The notes below the pieces were generated by a model, which had not been told where the DNA came from, made no database searches, and saw nothing but the letters and a program-made list of their open reading frames with translations. Shown here piece after piece: positions 24,535 through 36,961 of a stretch of 64,000 bases of DNA. This DNA comes from Octopus vulgaris (Eukaryota): NCBI GenBank assembly GCA_951406725.2, contig OX597815.1, positions 26,288,001 through 26,352,000 of the forward strand, in the 5' to 3' direction. Made by a program: the position numbers and the translations under genes. Position 1 is the stretch's first letter. Each line of letters begins with the position of its first letter.

Positions 24535-25252
24535 TACACTCACAGGGCTTTCACAAGGCAGACACAAGACCAGAAACATTGAGTGGTGGGGAATATTAGA
24601 ATATTTCGACACCAACACTTTATCTTATCAGTTCCGAAAGAATAAAAGAAAAAGCTAATCTCGGTGGGATTTGAACTCAAAACGTAAAGAATCATAAGCA
24701 CAAGGTACTTTCGACCGGTGTTTTTGACAGTTCTACTAAATAATATCAATTTTTATGTGCCCTCAGTTGTAGAAAATTTTCAAGTTTCTTTTTATTATCT
24801 CCGTCTTTGCGTGTTTGTCTGTGAACAAGATATCTCAAGAACCGCTGGATGGATTTGGATGAAACTTTCAGGGATGTTTGGCCTTGTGACAGATACAAAC
24901 TGGTTAGATTTTGGGATTGATCCGGTACTGGACAAGGATTCTGAATTATTTTTCTGGCTTTTTTAAAAAAATTTTTGAGAGTAGTCAGGTTCATTTTACT
25001 CATTTGTAAAAGCAGTCGAGTCTATTTCAGATATTCTCATTTTAAAAATCATCTCTGGCTAATCTTTGAGAGGTCGCCTGCGCCCCCTCGGGTTGTCAGT
25101 AAGTTATCCGACTGGTATTTTTTATAGTGTTAAGACGTGTCGAATTTTTGTGCTGAAATTTTATGTTGTAATTCTTGTGTTGTAATTTTGTGTTAGTATT
25201 CGTTTGAACACTTTTGTGAACTGTTTTTGCTGCTTTGTAGCAGCTTGTTTAA

Positions 25253-26702
25253 ATGATGTTGTACAAGGATTGCAGCTCTTTGGGGCTATCTTCCTCGGAA
25301 GATGAACTTCTATAATGTATTAAAGAAATGGACAAGAAAATGGAAGAGAAGAAAAGTTTTGCAAAAGTTTCGGAGGTACAGAATAAAGATGTGGATTTAA
25401 CCAAGTTAAAGAGTTAAAAAAAGATGTTTAATGAGAGGGTGGCGATGTAAAGTTGTCCCTTCCTCAAGGAGTCATGAAAGTTAAGAACAAGACAATTATT
25501 TACAAAATTTATTCTACAGAAGCGAAGAAAATTGAAATGATGCCAACAGATAAAATAGAGAAGGCCTTGAAACCAATCTGGCAAGATGCAGCTCAGGTAA
25601 AACAGTACTCGGCAACTCCTTTAAAAACTGAGTGTGATACTTCTACCCACATACCTTGGAAGACAAGCTTCTAGGGTTAGAGTAGAGGGGATTCCACCCG
25701 AAACTGATGTGGCCTGGGTGGTGACTGCTGTACTTCTCGCTTCTACCCACATACCTTGGAAGACAAGCTTCTAGGGTTAGAGTAGAGGGGATTCCACCCG
25801 AAACTGATGTGGCCTGGGTGGTGACTGCTGTACTTCTCGCTTCTACCCACATACCTTGGAAGACAAGCTTCTAGTGTTAGGGTAGAGGGGACTCCACCCG
25901 AAATTGATGTGGCCTGGGTGGCGGCTGCTGTACTTCTAGGTAACCGGGATGAAATAGCAGTCCTCCACGTAACTATGACTAAGAATACAAATTGGAGAGG
26001 ACAAACGTTAGATATGATCATTCAGGGATCACAAGAAAACTTGGAAAACATGATAGAAACTGTCTCAATTAAGGGCACTGTGTTGAGAGTCAGGGTGGAG
26101 GGTATAATCCCTCGATGCTTTAAATGTGGCCTAAAGGGTCACATCAGAGCGGACTGCCCTTCACCGATAAGGGAACCCAGGAGGAACCCAGGGAATCAGC
26201 GAAAGCGGAGGAGGATTTACCATCAAAAGAAATGAAGGAAAATGACGAGACGTGGAAGACAGTGGAAAGTAGGAACAAAAGCAAAAGTCAACCGCAACCC
26301 GCACCCACCCTACCCACACCTTCTCAGCTCCACCCCAACCCCTCAGACACCAAACCTACCCTCTCCCCTCCGACGCAAAAACAAAAAAGAAAAGACTAGC
26401 AGACAAGAACCTCCAAACTTCCTCGACTAAAGGAAAAATTTGCTTTGTGTGCATGTTAAATGACTCAAATAATGAACTGAGAAATAATGAAGTGGAAAGA
26501 CAGTGTTTGTTAAAACGGATGAAGATAATATGAAGTGGGTGTATATATGCTTACTGGCAAAAATAGAAAGGTTTAAATGCGGGTTCATTTGTTGCAACCT
26601 ATAAATAGGTTGCCGGATAGTATGGAATATATGGAACTTATAAAGGAGTGCAAGGTGGATATAGTGGAAGGAACGAGGTTTAAAAAAGGAAGAAAGGTAT
26701 AA
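25253..26702 (+). pseudogene. Gag-like/ORF1p pseudogene with CCHC zinc knuckle
   Basis: KKSFAKV, RVRVEGIPP, CFKCGLKGHIRADC (CX2CX4HX4C), WKTVESR plus Pro-rich linker. Stops and frameshifts. Confidence 0.75.
25640..25938. repeat. 3 x 100-bp tandem repeat inside ORF1
   Basis: TTCTACCCACATACC starts at 25641, 25741, 25841. Confidence 0.97.
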
Positions 26703-27111
26703 ATGAAGGTACTCGGAGTGGGGCCGAGTAGCTGCATTACATTTTTTTCATTTCATTTGTCATTTCATGTTTTTCATATGTTGTCCTATTTTTTTCCTTG
26801 TTTTGTGTCCCTACTTATGATGTATTGTCCCCTCTGTGTTCTTCCCTTGGCGGTCAATAAAAAGATTAAGACGTTGGTGTTGCCTTGGCAGAGGTCTGCG
26901 CTCTCTGAGTGCTCTTGTTTTTACTTCAATTATTCTAAGCAGGAGCCGATAACAATAAGTACTAGTCATCCTCTGCCATCGATTAAATCGAATATAAACC
27001 TCCTCCGCTTTTCAACGTCAAATCTATCAGCTTATGCTAATCAAAGAACTTAACAAATAAACATGTTAACTAACAGATGGTTAAGCTGACGTTGCTTGAC
27101 GGAAGCATTTG

Positions 27112-27331
27112 ATCTGTATATAAAATGAATGTGGACATTTGTATATTTAAACTGAGTGTTGACATCTATGTATTTAAAATGAACGTGGATGTTTAAATAT
27201 TTAAATTGAATGTGGATATCAATATGTTTAATGTGTGTTGACATCTTTCTATATGACTAAACTGAGTGTGGATCTCTATATGTAGACATCTATATATTTA
27301 AACTAAACGTGGATATTTGTATATTTAAATT
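27112..27331. repeat. Degenerate ~27-bp minisatellite, about 7-8 units
   Basis: Approximate unit TGAATGTGGACATTTGTATATTTAAAC. Confidence 0.75.
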
Positions 27332-27551
27332 ATGTTCTTCTCTGATTCTGATGTAACACATTTGGAATCTGCATCTATAGATGTATAGTGTCGATACTTG
27401 TTCGTTTGTCTTGAAACAACTTCAACATTCCTCTACAAATGCTTTCCAAAATTAGCACACAAATCCAAAATCATCACAACATTCTTTATATCCAAATCAT
27501 AGGTTCTCTAGGTTTCCCTCCTTGAAATTCTTTTCTTGTCTTTTCTTGCAG

Positions 27552-27708
27552 CCGTCGACTTTCAGAAGTTTCAAGCCGAACGTCAACGGTATCAATTACA
27601 GAGTTCCAGTGGATGCCATGGAAAAATCCCTTTTCTTCACACTAAATCAATGAAAAGCAAAATAACAAATACAAAAGAAACTCTCGCGCATATATTATTT
27701 AAATGAAG
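27552..27708 (+). other. Candidate host exon, possibly 5' UTR ending ATG AAG
   Basis: Long polypyrimidine tract plus TTGCAG acceptor (27550-27551) and AAG|GTGAGA donor, in non-repetitive sequence. Confidence 0.35.
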
Positions 27709-28322
27709 GTGAGATTTACTACGACACTACAGGTGCAGTTCTCCAACTTCACCGCCATCAACGCCATCGCTTTTCCAGTTAGAGCTATGCTTCCACCTAT
27801 GACCTTATCATCAGAGCTTTACGATCACAATATCACAATAATTCTATAAATATTTTCAAATTATTTTATTTAATGTTTTAATTGCCTGTCAAACTGAAAA
27901 ATAATGAAGGAAATACTCTGGCATTAGAACTACAAGAAGCACAGTACAGTGTGACTATTACAGAGAGAAAATTTTAATTTATGTTAAAAATAAACATGAT
28001 AATGCTTTATTTATATCTAAGAACTGACACTATGTTTAGAGCAAAAGAAAATAGAAAATGGAATAAATTAACCCATTCTTAAAGAATTTGTTGAAATGAA
28101 ATCGATTCAAAACAGACTTGGAACCGCATCGAGTTTTCAAATGTTACCTGTTACTCCGTGGCAGTTGGATTTTAAGTTCAGAAAATAAAACGAGTAGGTT
28201 GTGATGTCTTTCCAATGACAGTAGTAAGATAAATGAAGGTAAAAAGTTTTTTAAAAGAATATTTGCATAGTATTCAAATACAAGTGGCATTTTCCTTGTT
28301 TCTGCCTGTCCCTGCCTCTCTT

Positions 28323-28688
28323 GCATCGCCCATTATATAATAATAATAACAATAATCCCTTCTACTATAAACACAAGGCCTAAAATTTAGGGGAGTGGGA
28401 TAGTCGATAACATCGACCCCAGTACTCAACTGGCACTTAACTTATCGACCCCGAAAGGATGAAAGGCGAAGTCGATCTCGGCGGAATATGAACACACAAT
28501 GTAAAGACGGTCGAAATGCCTCTAACCATTTTGCCCGGCGTAATAATGATAATCTTCTCTATCATAGGCACAAGGTCTGAAATTTCGGGAAGGGGGCAAG
28601 CAGATTACATCGACCATAGTGCACAACCGGTACTTATTTTATCGACCCCTATAGAGATGAAGGCAAAAATCGAACACACAACGCAAAG
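28323..28688. repeat. Local duplicate of 32390-32755 (SINE C pair plus flank)
   Basis: Both start GCATCGCCCATTATATAATAATAATAACAATAATCCCTTCTACTATAA and stay colinear to ACGCAAAGA. Confidence 0.9.
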
Positions 28689-29036
28689 AATCAACTAAAA
28701 ATCGAAAAATTTATCAACGTTTCGATCTACACGCCTTTTACACCCTGTCACTCACAAAACTTATAACTGTCACAAAACCATGAAACAAGATTCAGACTTT
28801 GGTTCAAGGCATTTCTAACAGGTAAGGATTTAGTCGATTATATCGATCTTTGTGCTCAACTTCTGCTTATTTTATGAACCTCAAAGGCAGAACTTGAACT
28901 CAGAAGTAAAGAGTAGGAAGAAATACTGCTGAACAACTCGTTCGACGCGTTAACAATTCTGTCAGCTAAAATAATAATATTAGTTTCAAAGGTTTTGACG
29001 GGAGAAGCTAGTCGATTACAACAACCCCAGTGTTTC

Positions 29037-29388
29037 AGTACCGGTTTCAGCCATTGAGACTTTTTCAACTGTATGGAAAACAATTGAATTTTGGAAAAAA
29101 TTAAAAGAAAAGTTTTCTGAAAGAATATTTGCATAGTGTTCAAATACAAATGGCAGTTTCCTTGTTACTGCCTGTTTCTATCTCTCTTGTTTACTCTTGT
29201 AGGTTCAACGACCTCGAAACCACAAGAGTAAACAAGAGAGACAGAGACAGGCAGAAACAAGGAAAATGCCACTTTTATTTGAATACTGTGTAAATATTCT
29301 TTTAAAAAACTTTTCTTTTAATTTTTCCAAAATTGAATAGTCTTCCATACTTACAGTTGAATAAGTCTCAATGACTGAAACCTGTACT
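29037..29388. mobile_element. Foldback/MITE-like hairpin, ~170-bp imperfect arms
   Basis: AGTACCGGTTTCAG...TTTACTCTTGT pairs with ACAAGAGTAAA...CTGAAACCTGTACT. Confidence 0.88.
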
Positions 29389-29473
29389 AAAATGCTTTTT
29401 ATAAAATTATTTTAGCATTTTCTACCTTGATTTTTTTTCCCTATATATCAACTCGTGTGTTCCTTTTCAATCT

Positions 29474-29532
<59 letters not shown>

Positions 29533-30763
29533 GCACACACACACATATGGGTGGACGGACCGGCTTCCATTATTATTGACTATATCTTACGGCGTCCCGT
29601 GTAGTATTGTAGTATTGCACCAGGTAACCCAATGAGGAACCAAATATGGCTGAATTGACTGAGGAGTTTGACAACCGTTCGTCACAGTCGAAATGATGTA
29701 TAAGACTCAATGATTCAGCTCATTTATAACTGCAAAGAAGCACCACGAACAGTAAGCGGTGATAGCCATGTAAAATTGACATGTATTAACGTGAGTCGAA
29801 CTTCAACAAGCTTGGAAAAAGCTATTTATGAATTATCCCGAAAACACTAAAGAATATAGATCTTGTGTATGGTACCTCCATATGTATTTATGGTTTAATC
29901 CAACTTATGTGCAGCCTGTAACGTTAATCGGCTGTCACTGACAATCAAGCAGTGAGACAAATTTTTAAACAAACACAATGTTTGTATGACCGGCTGGAAA
30001 TATCAGTAAAATTCTGCATTAAACCATATCCTTGCCTTATCCCTTTGACTGTCCAAAGGCTCTTCATAAGTTTGTCCTTAATCTCCACGTTTGTTTACAG
30101 ACTTTTAGTAAGCCCTTGTTTCATACGTTCTGAGTAATATAAAGCTTTCTGATGGTAAGAAAAAAATATCCGGAATCTGTATTGTTTATGATCCATGGAC
30201 GCCATAGAAATATGATCTGTGTATTCACATGTAATACAGAGGAGAGGCTAAGGGTTTTTAAAATGTGGAAGTACACATCGGGATAAAGTAGTCCAAGGTA
30301 CACTAAACTTGAAATAAAACAGGACGATCACGTGTGAGGCCCCTTTTCATAATAAACCTGTTCGATCACGACTGATCTGATGCTAAACAACGATAAATCA
30401 GTTTTATTCACTCCGAGTAAATAAGAGTCACTGGAAGTCAGGCATATCTTCAGAGGTCAGTGAGTGAATGAGTCATTTAAGTAAGCTAAGTTGACTCTAA
30501 GTAAAGTGACAACTCATGAGGAGTTAACAAAAAAAAACTAATATAAATAATAACACCCGACTTACTCATTGTTAGCGTTTAACCACCCGGTTTATTGCGA
30601 CTGCCAACTGGCCCTACCCAACCGATCTTGCTCCGCCCCGTTTCTCCTCCTAGTCGTTCCAGCAGCTATACAATAACAGCAGGAGCAGATAACAATAATA
30701 AACACTATCATATCTACACAGACGTCACAAGCTACAACAACTATACTACTAACAAATACTACC

Positions 30764-30818
30764 GCTGCTGCTGCTGTTACTGCTGCTGCTGTTGTTGTTG
30801 TTGCTGCTGCTGCTGTTG

Positions 30819-30849
<31 letters not shown>

Positions 30850-31302
30850 TCCTGCTCGCGTCACCGCTTTTTTTTTTTCAGTTGTAACTACTACCCTTTC
30901 TACATCAGGCAGCACATACACCAACGCCATCACAATCACTGTGAGAATAAACTGATATGTTTTATCAACATCACTTCTGTAATAACCTCAAGCAACAACA
31001 ACAACAACAACAACCACTGGAGCCAACCAGCATAACACCACCCACACCCACCCCACACCCACCCCACACCACCCCCACCCCACCCCACCCACCACCACCG
31101 TCCAATGTTACAATTACGGTCTACTATCACTTTTACTCGCTACCACAATTACTGTCTTTGTAGTTCTGTAAACAATCGAACACCACCACTACCACCACCG
31201 CTACCACACCACCACCACCACCACCACCACCACCACCACCACCACCACCACCACCCACCACCACCACCACCACCATCACCATCGTCATCATCATCATCAT
31301 CA
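30764..31302. repeat. Compound trinucleotide repeats (CTG/TTG, CAA, CAC, CAT)
   Basis: Direct runs. A similar cluster lies at 36910-37012. Confidence 0.9.
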
Positions 31303-31391
31303 TTTAAAATTCTTTAAAAGACAAAGTGACATTGGATAATGTCATAGATGCACCTTCTGAATAAAAAATAAACTTTTTAAAACCTGAATGG

Positions 31392-31735
31392 GTCTTGTAG
31401 TTAAGATCCTCGCTTTGCAACAACGTGGTTTCCAGTTCAATCCTACAACGCGGCACTTTGGGTAAGTGCCTTCTGCTATAGCTCCGCGCCGACTAATGCC
31501 TTTTGAGTGGATTTGGTAGACGGAAATTGTGTGGAAGCCCGTTGCATGTATGTGTGTATGTCTATGATGTGCGAGTGCGTGTCTTTGTGCTTGACAAGCA
31601 GTTTGGTTTCTTCATGTCTCGTAACTTAGCGGTTCGGCCAAAAGAGAACCGATACCAGACTTTAAAATAAGTTGTGGGGTCGATTTGTTCGACTACACCC
31701 TTCAATGGCCGCAGTCCACTAACTAAAACAAAAGG
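31392..31735 (+). mobile_element. SINE family A, old diverged copy
   Basis: GAGTGGATTTGGTAGACGGAAA and GTAACTTAGCGGTTCGGC retained. Confidence 0.75.
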
Positions 31736-31837
31736 GGAAAATGTAGATAGTTTCAGAGGAACGGATCTGGTTATAGTTCTGCAGAATCAAGGATGAGCTG
31801 GGCATCGACTGCGACAACATCAACTTACCTACCGGCA

Positions 31838-32945
31838 CAATAATGGTTTCTGCTTAAGGGCAGGAGGCCAGAAGCTTTTGAAGGTAGGTGCGAGTCGATA
31901 TCATCGATTTCCATACTTAACTGGTACTTTATTTTATTGACCATGAAAGAATGAAAGGTAAAGTTGATTTCGGCGGGATTCGAAATCGAAAAGTAAAATG
32001 TCTGGAGAAATACCAGATGGCATATATTACGGCACTCTAACGATTCCGCCAGTTCGCCTTCCTCCCCACCGCTTATAGACGTGTAATATAATGATGTCTA
32101 AGACAAATCGTGAAGACTTCCTGTATATACACGCGGAACTATTTTTCATTTTACTCACACGAATATGTAGTGACGAATCTTGAGAGCTGCTGTATAGGCA
32201 CAAGGCAGAAATTTTTGTGGGTGCAGCGCGGTTAATTGATTAAATCAATTCAGTACTTGGACTTCTACTTTATATAATTATTTGACCACAGATGGATGAA
32301 AGGCAAAGTTGAGATTCAATGTCAGTAAGTAAAGTGCCCGATTGAATATCGCACGGCATTTTACCAGACGTCCTAATGAATCTGTCAACGCATCGCCCAT
32401 TATATAATAATAATAACAATAATCCCTTCTACTATAATCACAAGGCCTAAAATTTAGGGGAGTGGGATAGTCGGTAACATCGACCCCAGTACTCAACTGG
32501 CACTTAATTTATCGATCCCAAAAGGATGAAAGGCAAAGTCGACCTCGGCGGAATATGAACACACAGTGTAAAGACGGTCGAAATACCGCTAAGCATTTTG
32601 CCCGGCGTAATAATGATAATCTTTTCTATCAAAGGCACAAGGCCTGAAATTTCGGAAAGGAGGCAAACAGATTACATCGACCAAAGTGCGCAACCGGTAC
32701 TTATTTTATCGTCCCCTAAAGAGATGAAGGCAAAATTTGAACACACAACGCAAAGACGGACGAAATGCCGCTAAGCATTTAGTCCGTCACTGTAACGATC
32801 CTACCAACTCGTCGCTTTTATACTGGTTTCCTATTTAAGCTGAAGACTACCAACTATGAAGGAAGCGGTGTGTGTAGATTACGTCGACCAGAGTACTTGA
32901 TTGGTACTCTTATTTTATCGACTCCGGGTGAATTAAAGGTAAACG
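31838..32945 (-). mobile_element. Head-to-tail cluster of about five SINE family C copies
   Basis: Repeated CACAAGG..TCGA..GGTACTT..ATGAAAGG..TGAAC units, all in the same orientation. Confidence 0.75.
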
Positions 32946-33518
32946 TAGATGAGAGAGATCATGGAAAGAAGTAATAACAAAACCAGTTTGAGGACGATTT
33001 GCAGGGTTTGAATTACTTTGACTTTCTTCCCAACAGGAGCCGATATGATTTCATTCATTGACTACAGAGTGAAGTTCAAGGTATGAAGTACCGTACAACG
33101 AAGAATAAGCACTGAAGTGGATTGGCGTAGTGAAAAAGGGTGATATCGACAATAAAAATAAGAGGATATCAAACACATTACAATAAATAGTTATATCAAT
33201 AAAGAACAAAAAAGGTAACCAAAAGAAATAATCTTTAAAATAAAGTATTACTAATATAGTAATATACAAAATTAAATATTAGAAATTTTTAAAAATCTAT
33301 GCGATATATCGTGTATATTTCGAGCGGGTTATAAAGGGTTTTGAATATTCTCAAGCTAGGGTAAAATCATTGATCACTGCTAGATATTGAACTCTCCGAT
33401 TCCAGTATGTATGCATGCACACTTGTGTGTATGTATATATGTATGAATGTATGAATGTACGCGCTCGTGTGTGTATGTGTATATGCGTGTGTGCTCGTGT
33501 GAATATGGATTTAATATA

Positions 33519-33594
<76 letters not shown>

Positions 33595-33633
33595 TATGTA
33601 TGAATATTTATATATATTTATATGTATGCATGC

Positions 33634-33677
<44 letters not shown>

Positions 33678-33727
33678 CAAAGTGGAGTTGTAAGGTACCG
33701 AACGGGTGGAATTATATATGAAAGAAA

Positions 33728-33779
33728 GTTTGAAAATGCAATTTTAAAAGATATATCTTTTAAAATTGCATTTTCAAAC
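33728..33779. repeat. Perfect 52-bp palindrome in (TA)n
   Basis: GTTTGAAAATGCAATTTTAAAAGATA|TATCTTTTAAAATTGCATTTTCAAAC. Confidence 0.97.
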
Positions 33780-33787
33780 CTTCCTTC

Positions 33788-33844
<57 letters not shown>

Positions 33845-33867
33845 TATGTATATATATATGTGTATGC

Positions 33868-33914
<47 letters not shown>

Positions 33915-35466
33915 TATACCTGTGTGTGTGTGCGTGTGTGTGTATGTGTGTATGTGTGTATGTATGTGTGAGTTGCTCTTAAGTTAGACATGGCCTGGGC
34001 GTATTTTTGACCGAAACATATCTAAGCTTATCTAAATTTATACATACACACCCACACACTCACATGTCGTGTCTCTGTTGTTGATAAATGCAAAGATCCC
34101 ACCATCAGTAAATATTTTGTTGGTTTTTTGTAAGTTGATCACCAATATTAACTTATACAATAAAGTTGTGTCCGAACTAGAACCCAGATCGTCACCACCG
34201 AATAGGCCGTCAATGCATAATATTTCACCGAATTGGATGCCTTTATGTATTAGCCTCGAACTGGGTTCTACCGCATGTTACCCTCCGAACTAAACGTCAC
34301 TGCTTAATACGAAGTATCTCACCCTCTCTACATAGATCAAAAACTTGATGCTGCAACATTTTAGGGTCCATGTGCCTACAGCATTTCAACACCTTGTTAA
34401 AGAAATATTTAAAAACAGAATAAAAAGGAGGAGGGGTAGGGGACTGGGATATTTTAGGAGGCGGAGATCTGGAAGTATTTCGGAAAACACTTAAGCATTT
34501 ATCTACGGTACGAGATGAACCTTCATCACAGCAAGAAACGAAAATAAGGGCGGTGTTGTCAAATTCCAATTTTCACCAAATCGAGAGCGCCGTAGAAATT
34601 AAAGTAAATAAACCAGTATTCACTAAAACAACGGTGCTCCAGCATGGTCGGACTCTCTGCCTGGAAAAAGAAAAATATATATAAAGAAGAGAGGAAGAAA
34701 GAAGTAAATAGTTATAAGTGTGTGCGTGTAAATATAAACGCGTTATATATCACTGCATATAAATATTTATATATATGTAGCTGGCCTTGTGCCAAAAGTT
34801 GAAACTTAATATTTATATATATATGCATACACTGATGTAGATATACACACATAAACACATAAATACTCACACGCACATACACACAAAACATACGTAAATA
34901 TGTTATGTATCTATGAAATTATGTATGAGTATCTTATATATATATATATATATACATATATATTTATATACGCACATATATATACATATATATACATACA
35001 TATACATATATATACATATATATACATATATATATATACATATATATATATACATATATATACATATATATATATACATATATATACATATACATACATA
35101 TATATATACTTATATATACTTATATATATACACATACATATATATACATATATACATATACATATATATGTGTCTGTGTATGCATATATATATATATGTA
35201 TATATATATATATGCGTGAATGTATGTATATGTGTACATATATACATAGACACAGAGAAGAGGTATATGCTTATATACCCGGGTGTATATGTACTTTATG
35301 TGTGTGTATCTACATACATACAACAATAAATATATAAAAAAGTGATCGGTTATGATTTAAGCATATTCACAGGCACAGCACAACACAAAAACTGAGCAGG
35401 ATGACCAATCGGATCGGACCCGACGTCTATGTCAAAATACACAAAATCATATCGTGTAGGTATGGC

Positions 35467-35557
<91 letters not shown>

Positions 35558-35933
35558 TAGAGGGTGCGCGTATATGTGTGTGCTTGCATTTATATTATGT
35601 AGGAGGTGTCCCAATATGTCTTGTCATCTTGTTCGACACACTTTGATCGGTAAGATAAGTATGAGGCTGAAATATTAGCTTGAATCGATACGATAGTCCT
35701 CATGAGGAAGGCGGTGTCTCAGAATGGCCACAATCCAATGACTGAAGCCAGTAAACTATGAAAATAATATATACACATTCGTGTGTGTGTGTGTGTGTAT
35801 ACAGAAAAATTTGATAAATTTTTTGTAACTTTCTGTTGTTTTCTATTCGTGAAATCTTTCTCTGAAACCCTTGAAATATATATATGCACTCCCTATTTGT
35901 TTGCTTACACTTTATCTTTTATCGTGTACCTAC

Positions 35934-36130
35934 CTGTTTCAGTCATTAGACTGAGGCCATGCTGGAGCACCACCTTGAATTTTTAGTCGAATGCATCGAC
36001 CCCAATACTTATTTTCTAAGCCTGGTACTTATTCTATCGGTCTCTTTTGCGCGACCGCTAGTTAACGGGGACGTAAACACACCAACACCGATTTTCAAGT
36101 GGTGATAGGGGGGGGGACAAACACAGACAC
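35934..36130 (-). mobile_element. SINE family A, 3' half
   Basis: TGTTTCAGTCATT..GGGGACAAACACAGAC. Confidence 0.8.
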
Positions 36131-36150
36131 ACAGACACACAGACACACAT

Positions 36151-36207
<57 letters not shown>

Positions 36208-36239
36208 CCGCGGTTTAGCATCATGTATATATAAATATT

Positions 36240-36261
<22 letters not shown>

Positions 36262-36270
<9 letters not shown>

Positions 36271-36321
36271 TGATATTGATATATATATGTTTTTATATAT
36301 ATATATATATATGGACACACA

Positions 36322-36362
<41 letters not shown>

Positions 36363-36650
36363 TTCTTTTACTACCCACAAGGAGCTAAACACAGAAGGGA
36401 CAAACAAGGACCGACAAACGGATTAAGTCGATTACCTCGACCCCAGTGCGTAACTGGTACTCGATAAATTAAGTACCAGTTACGCACTGGGGTCGATGTA
36501 ATCGACTTAATCCGTTTGTCGGTCCTTGTTTGTCCCCTCTGTGTTTAGCTCCTTGTGGGTAGTAAAAGAAATATATATATATATATATATATATATGCGT
36601 GTGTGTGTGTGTGTGTATAAACATATATATCAATATCAATATATATATAT
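36262..36650. repeat. Foldback duplication of a SINE C tail plus its microsatellite flank
   Basis: 36361-36461 inverts to 36472-36572 with a 10-nt loop. Flank ATTGATATTGAT is mirrored as ATCAATATCAAT. Confidence 0.92.
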
Positions 36651-36928
36651 ATATATGTATATATTTAAATATGTACTAATATGCATATATATGTATATGT
36701 CTGTCTATATGTGCGTATGTGCGCGTGCGTGTGCGCGTGTTTATGTATGTGTGTATGATCGTATGTATGTGTGTATGACCGTATGTATGTAGCATGACTG
36801 CTACTGTAACAACAACAAAAAAAAAACTGCCACAACTATAGTAGGTTGTTTTGCTGCAACAGTGGTTGGTCGCTCTGTTTTGCTGGCATTGATGTGGCTG
36901 TTCTTGTAACTACTGCTGCTGCTTTTGT

Positions 36929-36961
<33 letters not shown>

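Larger units (their letters stand above)
25071..26868 (+). mobile_element. ORF1-only non-LTR retroelement (L1/Tx1-derived, HAL1-like), decayed
   Basis: Short 5' UTR, one disrupted gag-like ORF, T-rich 3' UTR ending AATAAAAAGATTA. No RT or endonuclease motifs seen. Confidence 0.65.
24793..26918 (+). mobile_element. Helentron/HINE (DINE-1-like) element split by a retroelement
   Basis: 5' TATTATCTCCG sub-TIR, body GAACAAGATATCTCAAGAACC..GGATTTGGATGAAACTTT, 3' TGGCAGAGGT plus hairpin GCGCTC-TCT-GAGTGC, T-rich flanks. Confidence 0.65.

Noticed and set aside
29655-29705. CTGAGGA...CGAAA hammerhead-like string
   Set aside because: Stem I and stem III do not pair, and an alternative GACTG/CAGTC hairpin sequesters the core.
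30592-31317. Poly-Cys, poly-Ala/Thr, poly-His/Pro ORFs
   Set aside because: Trinucleotide repeats are open in several frames on both strands. No domain or splice support.
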